64,000 bases of DNA, from contig BCKQ01000001.1 of assembly GCA_001600695.1 (NCBI GenBank), forward strand, positions 2,152,615-2,216,614, read 5' to 3'. Under the pieces are notes generated by a model that ran no database searches, had not been told where the DNA came from, and saw nothing but the letters and a program-made list of their open reading frames with translations. Source of the stretch: Ascoidea asiatica JCM 7603 (taxonomy: Eukaryota; Fungi; Ascomycota). Each line of letters begins with the position of its first letter. The first letter of the stretch is position 1. Shown here in pieces: positions 58,000 through 64,000 of the stretch. Position numbers and translations under genes: made by a program.

Positions 58000-60717
58000 T
58001 TATATTGAATCTGCTTCTGGTGTAGAAGAAGTATATCCAGAACTACTTTCACTACTATATTCTTCCATAATATCTAAAACAAAATCCATACCTTCTTCAA
58101 TATTTTCATTAAAAACTTCTGTAACAATATCTGATTTTTCACTTTTTATAACTCTACCAAATTTCTTTCTAAGTTTTTTATTACCATTATGATTTGAATT
58201 ATTCCCATTTGTTGTTGAATCTTCAAAAACTGGATGTTTATTAGATATAAAAACTAATGAATTTTTATAAAACCAATCTGTTAAATTTTCATCAACTATT
58301 GGCATTATTGTTTTTATATTATGATTTGAACTTAAAAAATTAATTGAACAACATTTTTCAATCTTACCACTTTCAATAAAATTTGAATTATGTATTTGAG
58401 AATTAGAATTAGAATTAGAATTAGAATTAAAATTAGAATTAAAATTAGAATTTGAATTGAAACCAGAAGAACTTAAATTAGAATTTGAATTTGAATTTTT
58501 ATTAATATTATTCGCCTGTAATATTGATGTATTAATAACTTGTCTATGACCTAATAAATGTATTATACCTGCATATGATTCTCCAATACCAAAAAACATT
58601 AAATTTTTTAAATTTTTAAAAAATTTTAAATAATTATCCCAAATATAAAGTAAAAGTTCTTGAGAATAAAGTACATTATTATATCCTTCATTACTATTAA
58701 TAATTTTACCTTGCGAAACAATTGATGTTGTTGGTATACAAATATCAATTAATCCATATGATTTTTCTTTTATAACCCAATGATATAATTTATTTAATGG
58801 ATTAACAATAACTGATGTTGATAATTCAATTTTACCTGAATTTGGTTCAATTGATCCCCAAACTTCTGAAGGATCATGAACACATAATACAATTGTTTCT
58901 GATTTAAATATATCTGAAGTTGCTAAAATTTGATCTTCAAATTTAACTTGTGATAAAACATTAAATGTTGTTGAACTTGAAACTGTATTATTATATGATG
59001 TTTCAAATTTTAAATCATTAAATAATATTGGTAAATTTATTAATCCATATAATTTAATTAATTTTTGTGTTTGATTATTTCTTACTGCATCTTGAAGATT
59101 TGAATAAATTATTGTTGAGTTTATAATTGATTCATCATTATTTTCTTCTTCATTTTCTTCTTCCATTTTTGTATCCATTATTTTCTCACTACTACTATTA
59201 TCACTATTATTAGTACTTATACCCTTTATATCACTATTTTTTTCTTTTTTAATACTATTATTATGATTATTATTTGAAATTGATAAATTTTGAAATTTTG
59301 GTATATCTTTTATAGTATCATTAAGTAAACAAAATCCAGGTTCCATTGATTTCCAATATTTTGATTGTTGTTTAATAACTTTATAAATAGTTTCAACAAC
59401 TTCACTACATGGAACTGTTGTTTTTAATAAATCTGGTGGTTCTCCAATTAAAGCTTTTGTTACAGCTAAAGCACTTACACTTATACTATCAAGATTATAA
59501 CCACCTTCTAAAGCAATACAAATATTACCTTTTGCTAAAGTTTTTAAAAATGTAGTCATATGACCATAACAACCTGGAGTTATATGACATTGACCAATTG
59601 CATCACCATCAGCAGCATCAAAACCAGAAGAAACAAGTATTAAATCTGCATCATATTCTAATAATATTGGTAAAATAACTTTATTAAAAGCATAAATATA
59701 ATCACCATCATTAATACCAGGCATTGACCAAGGTATATTAACATTAAAACCTTCACCTAAACCTTGACCACATTGATCATAATCACCAGCTTTTGTACCA
59801 GGATAATATTTACCAGATTCATATCTATGTAAAGAAATATAGAGTACATTTGGATTATCATAAAAACATTTTTGTGTACCATTACCATGATGAACATCCC
59901 AATCAATAATTGCAATTTTTCTAACAGAATCTGGATAATTTTTTAAAATATTTTTCGCAGCAACTCCAACATTTGAAAAAAGACAAAACCCACCTGGAGA
60001 ATCAGGTTCTGCATGATGACCAGGTGGTCTAACAATTGCAATTGCATTTTTAACTTTACCTTCAACAACAGCTTTACAAGCTTCAATCACACCACCACAA
60101 GATAATTTTGCACAAATATAAGAATCATTATTAAAATAAACAGAATCACCTTTTTCAGTTTCTTTTAATAAATTTTCTTTATTCATAAATTCAGTTGATT
60201 TTATAAAATTTAAATGATCTTTTGAATGAACTAATAAAATTTCTTCATCAGTTGCAAGTCTTATAGGAATTTTAGTCATTAAATTACCAAAATTTTTTGA
60301 ATTACCAGATAAAGATTTATCAGTAATTAAACCATTTTCAACTAAAATTTTATAAATTCTATAAATTCTTCTTGGATCTTCAGGATGTGGATCAATATAT
60401 TCATAATATGAAGTAAATAATTTTGCATGATATCTCATTCTTACATCATAACAAAATCCAGTTTTTAATAATTTATAACCCATTAATAATTGATTTTTAT
60501 AAGAAATATCATCATGAATTATAATATCACTAGAATCTAAATTAATTTTATTATCATTTTTAGCATCAATATCATCAATATCATTAATATCATTGATATC
60601 ATTGATATCAATTTTATTAGATTTGATAAAATCAGCTAGTTTTCTTTTTTTTTCTAATTTATGCTCATCGTTCATTATTATATCATCCGATACTAATTTA
60701 ATATTTTTTTCAGACAT
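58000..60717 (-). CDS. HDA1: Class II histone deacetylase Hda1
   Basis: YDVRMRYHAK, DPHPEDPRRIYRI, RPPGHHAE, GFCLFSNV, DWDVHHGNGTQ, GFDAADGD, LEGGY, Arb2-like C-terminal domain. Confidence 0.96.
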   Translation of the reverse strand: MSEKNIKLVSDDIIMNDEHKLEKKRKLADFIKSNKIDINDINDINDIDDIDAKNDNKINLDSSDIIIHDDISYKNQLLMGYKLLKTGFCYDVRMRYHAKLFTSYYEYIDPHPEDPRRIYRIYKILVENGLITDKSLSGNSKNFGNLMTKIPIRLATDEEILLVHSKDHLNFIKSTEFMNKENLLKETEKGDSVYFNNDSYICAKLSCGGVIEACKAVVEGKVKNAIAIVRPPGHHAEPDSPGGFCLFSNVGVAAKNILKNYPDSVRKIAIIDWDVHHGNGTQKCFYDNPNVLYISLHRYESGKYYPGTKAGDYDQCGQGLGEGFNVNIPWSMPGINDGDYIYAFNKVILPILLEYDADLILVSSGFDAADGDAIGQCHITPGCYGHMTTFLKTLAKGNICIALEGGYNLDSISVSALAVTKALIGEPPDLLKTTVPCSEVVETIYKVIKQQSKYWKSMEPGFCLLNDTIKDIPKFQNLSISNNNHNNSIKKEKNSDIKGISTNNSDNSSSEKIMDTKMEEENEEENNDESIINSTIIYSNLQDAVRNNQTQKLIKLYGLINLPILFNDLKFETSYNNTVSSSTTFNVLSQVKFEDQILATSDIFKSETIVLCVHDPSEVWGSIEPNSGKIELSTSVIVNPLNKLYHWVIKEKSYGLIDICIPTTSIVSQGKIINSNEGYNNVLYSQELLLYIWDNYLKFFKNLKNLMFFGIGESYAGIIHLLGHRQVINTSILQANNINKNSNSNSNLSSSGFNSNSNFNSNFNSNSNSNSNSQIHNSNFIESGKIEKCCSINFLSSNHNIKTIMPIVDENLTDWFYKNSLVFISNKHPVFEDSTTNGNNSNHNGNKKLRKKFGRVIKSEKSDIVTEVFNENIEEGMDFVLDIMEEYSSESSSGYTSSTPEADSI

Positions 60718-61819
60718 TTTTTTTTTTTATGAAAAAAATTATATTATTATATAAAGTTATTGAATTTACTTCCTTTTTTTATATTATTCCTTGTTATTTT
60801 ATTTACAATAATTAAACTCGAATTATCATTGAATTGAAATTGAAATTTTAGTTTTTTTAGTTTTCAATTTTAGTTTTGATCTTTGTCTTTGTTTTTGTTT
60901 TTATATTTATTTTTATTTTTATTTTTATTCTTATTTTTGAAGTAAACTTGTTGAAAATTGAAATCTGGAAGCTAAAAACTCAAAATTATACAAATATATC
61001 TAAAGTGGATAATATCTAAAAGCAAAAGAAAATTTTTAAATAAAAGTTATTTTAATATTTAAATTGTTTTTGAACAAAAATTGATAAATAATAAAAAGTT
61101 CCATTGAAATAAAGAGCGATAAAAATATGAACTTAACTTAGAATTAGGGAAAGAGTGCAAATACGCTACAGACTACGGTAGTTAAAAACACTATTACGGT
61201 AGCCATTATTATCATCATTACTATCACTCGCACGTAGTTTGTTAAATACAGTGCAATACCAGCACCAAGTAGGGACAGTAACAACAGAAGGGACAGTGAT
61301 AACAAGAGTAACTAAAATGCCGATTTCCACCCACTCGTTTGGCTTTTGGTGGTTTTGCACACTTGGAGTGGGCTGGAAAGCGCCGAGAAGTGCTAGCAGG
61401 CTTTTGCAGTTGCTGTCCTGGAGAAAACGACACGGTACCCGCATTCTATGCATAAAAGTTGCAACTGACATTTCTTGGGAGACCCTCACTTGCCACATTC
61501 TGCAAACCGATTCATTTGGAAAACAAAAAAAAAATCCGCGCGTATTAGAATAGCGCTTTAAAAATGTGTGCAGAACGATTATTTGCGTTACGTTAATGAA
61601 AACATCAAATTGAAGGTTGAGCGCAGCGTACATATTAAAACACAAACACACACCTAAATGCATACGTTTGATAATGTGTTACTTGAGGTATAAAAAAGTA
61701 AAGCTATACAGCGGAATGAATCTAGCTTCCATGAGAATTGGTCTTCTATAAACTTCCATGACTGAGGATCCGATATTTACACAACCCTGGAAACCTCTGG
61801 GGCACCTGCTGTCTTGTCA

Positions 61820-61864
61820 GCCAAGAATCTCAGTGAGAGCGTGACGCTAAAAAGCTATGCCAAG
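61820..61864. promoter_or_regulatory. Two Rim101/PacC-like GCCAAG sites in the GC-rich HDA1/VCX1 divergent promoter
   Basis: GCCAAG 61820-25 and TGCCAAG 61858-64, about 550 bp upstream of the VCX1-like ATG. Confidence 0.35.
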
Positions 61865-62400
61865 CTTTAAGCGGGTTACCCTCCATCCAAGCCTTGCTTC
61901 TCGTATCTGAGACAAAGTGAAACTAGGACTGGGACTAGGACTGACTGGTCGGAACTGCGCAGCGTGATAACAACAAACTTTCATAAATAAACAAACTACA
62001 GCAAAAACCACAGCAACAGGCGAGATTCGGTGGAGTCTGAGATCATCAAAAGGTACCACCATTGTGGTACTCAATAATAGTATGGTTAATTTCACCATTC
62101 CGGAATCTTCGAAAATGAACACTCAATCCTCGCTTTGATTTTCAGTGAATGTGATTGAATTAAAAATAATATAAATATCCCCAGACTTTCTCTTCATATC
62201 AGCCAATTCAAAGTTAAACTTCTTTTTTTTTTTTTTATTTTCACTTTTTTATTATTTTTTAGTTTAATATTGTCTCATTTAAATTGAATTGAATTGAATC
62301 GAATCGATTTTCTTTTGTCTTAACTTTACTTTACTTCCTTTTATTATTATTTTGTCTTTAAATATTAATTTTTTAAAAATTTATTAACATTATTCATTAA

Positions 62401-64000
62401 ATGGAAAAACCCTCACCGTCTCAAGATGCTTTTAACTTAACAATCAATCAGGATGATTCAATCCTAAATTTAAATCCTTCACATCCTTCAAATCCTTCAC
62501 ATCCTTCAAGTATTTCAAATCCATTAACTAATACTAATCCAAGTAGTATTAGTATTGGTAATGCAAGTAATAAAACTCGTAATAGTTGTGTTACTTCTGC
62601 TACAAGTATTACTTATATTGATGATTTAATCGAAAAATCAATTTCAAAACATTTAATTATTGTATCCCCTGAAGAGAATAGAGTTAAATTTAATAAATTT
62701 AGTAATTTTTTAAAAAATTTAAAATCTTTATCACCTTTTAAAAATTTTATTAATTTAAATAAAAAATTTAATGATTATTCAAAATTAAATAATTATTATG
62801 GTTATTTTTTTAAAGGTTTATTATTTTTAGGTTGGCCAATAATTTTATATCCTTTTGTAATTATTGGTTTAATTGTTGGTGTTAATCATAATTCTGTTGA
62901 TTCAAAAATTGTTTTTGTTTTAAATATTTTTGCAATTTTACCTTTATCAATTAATATTAGTAAAGCAACTGAATCTTTAGCAAGATTAACAAATAGTTCA
63001 ATTGGTGCTTTAATTAATATTACTTTTGGTAATTCAATTGAATTAATTTTTACAATTATTGCTTTAACAAAAGGTGAATTAACTGTTGTACAATGTTCAA
63101 TGATTGGTTCATACTTAACAAATGCTTTATTAATTTTAGGTGGTGCAATGATTTCTGGTTCAATTCATTTTAAAGAATTAAAATTTGATAGTTTAAGTTC
63201 TTATTTTAATATTATTTTCATTGCTTTAAATGGTTTCATTATTAGATTAATTTATTATTTTAATGAATCTTCAAACTTAAATGGTAATAAAAATAAAGAT
63301 TTAATCTCAGATTATTTAAATCCATCTTTAGATATTTTAAAAATTTCAAGAGGTATTGCAGTTTTAAAAATTATTTTATATATTCTTTATTTGGCTTTAC
63401 CTTTAATGTATAAAAAACATATTAACTCAGGTATTGAATATCAAGATATTGAAGATCAAAAATCTATTGATAATATTGAAAGCAATATTGAAAATAATTT
63501 TGATAATGATCTTGATGATTTGAGTGATAATCTGAACAACAATAATAATAATAATAATATTTCAAGAATTTCATCTAGATCTTCTTTTAGTTCTGAACAT
63601 GTTAGATTTAATCCTGAATTAAATGTAAATGTTGAAAAGAAACAATCAACTTTAGATAATGATGATTTTCATGAAATTGATAATGAATTAAATAATGAAT
63701 TTAATATTCAAAGTGTTGATCAAGTTAATAATCAAACTAATGTTTACAATAATGACAATAATATTGGTAATTCAATTTTAACAAAAGATGAAAAGAAAAA
63801 AGGTTTAGTCAATCATTTTAAGCGTAATATTAAATTTTATTTATATGCTTTATATTTATTAATTAATACAATCATTGTTGCTTTCAATTCTGAATATATT
63901 CTTGATTCAATTGATGATTTTTCTGAAGAATCTGGTTTATCAAAAGATTTTATTTCTTTAATTATTATTCCAATTATTGCAAATGCTGCAGAACATGTAT
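62401..64000 (+). CDS. VCX1: Ca2+/H+ antiporter, CAX/Vcx1 family, divergent (runs off the window end)
   Basis: Frame from ATG 62401: AILPLS..ISKATESL, IGALINITFGNSIELIFTIIAL.KG, SMIGSYLTNALLILG, ISRG, FISLIIIPIIANAAEHV. Not in ORF track because the stop lies outside the window. Confidence 0.88.
   Translation, partial: MEKPSPSQDAFNLTINQDDSILNLNPSHPSNPSHPSSISNPLTNTNPSSISIGNASNKTRNSCVTSATSITYIDDLIEKSISKHLIIVSPEENRVKFNKFSNFLKNLKSLSPFKNFINLNKKFNDYSKLNNYYGYFFKGLLFLGWPIILYPFVIIGLIVGVNHNSVDSKIVFVLNIFAILPLSINISKATESLARLTNSSIGALINITFGNSIELIFTIIALTKGELTVVQCSMIGSYLTNALLILGGAMISGSIHFKELKFDSLSSYFNIIFIALNGFIIRLIYYFNESSNLNGNKNKDLISDYLNPSLDILKISRGIAVLKIILYILYLALPLMYKKHINSGIEYQDIEDQKSIDNIESNIENNFDNDLDDLSDNLNNNNNNNNISRISSRSSFSSEHVRFNPELNVNVEKKQSTLDNDDFHEIDNELNNEFNIQSVDQVNNQTNVYNNDNNIGNSILTKDEKKKGLVNHFKRNIKFYLYALYLLINTIIVAFNSEYILDSIDDFSEESGLSKDFISLIIIPIIANAAEHV

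Noticed and set aside
61166-62122. ORFs of 165, 104, 91 and 63 aa between HDA1 and VCX1
   Set aside because: Overlapping on both strands, atypical codons and no domain motifs; expected in a GC-rich promoter island. No LTR or transposase signature seen.

Overview
Very AT-rich, gene-dense budding-yeast (Saccharomycotina) chromosome segment with poly-Asn-expanded proteins. An Ascoidea-like lineage is plausible but is inference only. It holds about 21 protein genes: CCC1 (3' end), a divergent STE23-like M16 peptidase, MMM1, an RTK1/HRK1 kinase, MAM3, PRS5, a SIN-type Cdc14 (not the phosphatase), RIT1, an unknown 97-aa protein, a divergent PMA H+-ATPase, PTI1, SRO9, two tandem VHC1 copies, FMP52, YRA1 (4 exons), MVD1 (2 exons), an ARK1/PRK1 kinase, MDJ2 (3 exons), PFA3, HDA1 and a VCX1-like antiporter (5' part). 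The ORF track misses or truncates CCC1, YRA1, MVD1, MDJ2 and VCX1; these were rebuilt by hand. Most notable non-coding signals: (1) the gap at 23.27-25.03 kb is full of nested + strand helices with G-U pairs and has an Sm-like site, a terminally redundant template-like segment and a P3-like loop, making it a candidate telomerase RNA, with a second structured domain upstream; (2) the 1462-nt YRA1 intron folds end-to-end into a long nested rod; (3) a ~181-bp TIR element flanked by TA (MITE-like); (4) a symmetric Fkh-Mcm1-Fkh site upstream of SIN-type CDC14; (5) recurrent Tbf1/Cbf1-like and Crz1-like promoter motifs; (6) many ion-homeostasis genes. All RNA folds were made by eye and need computational and experimental confirmation.
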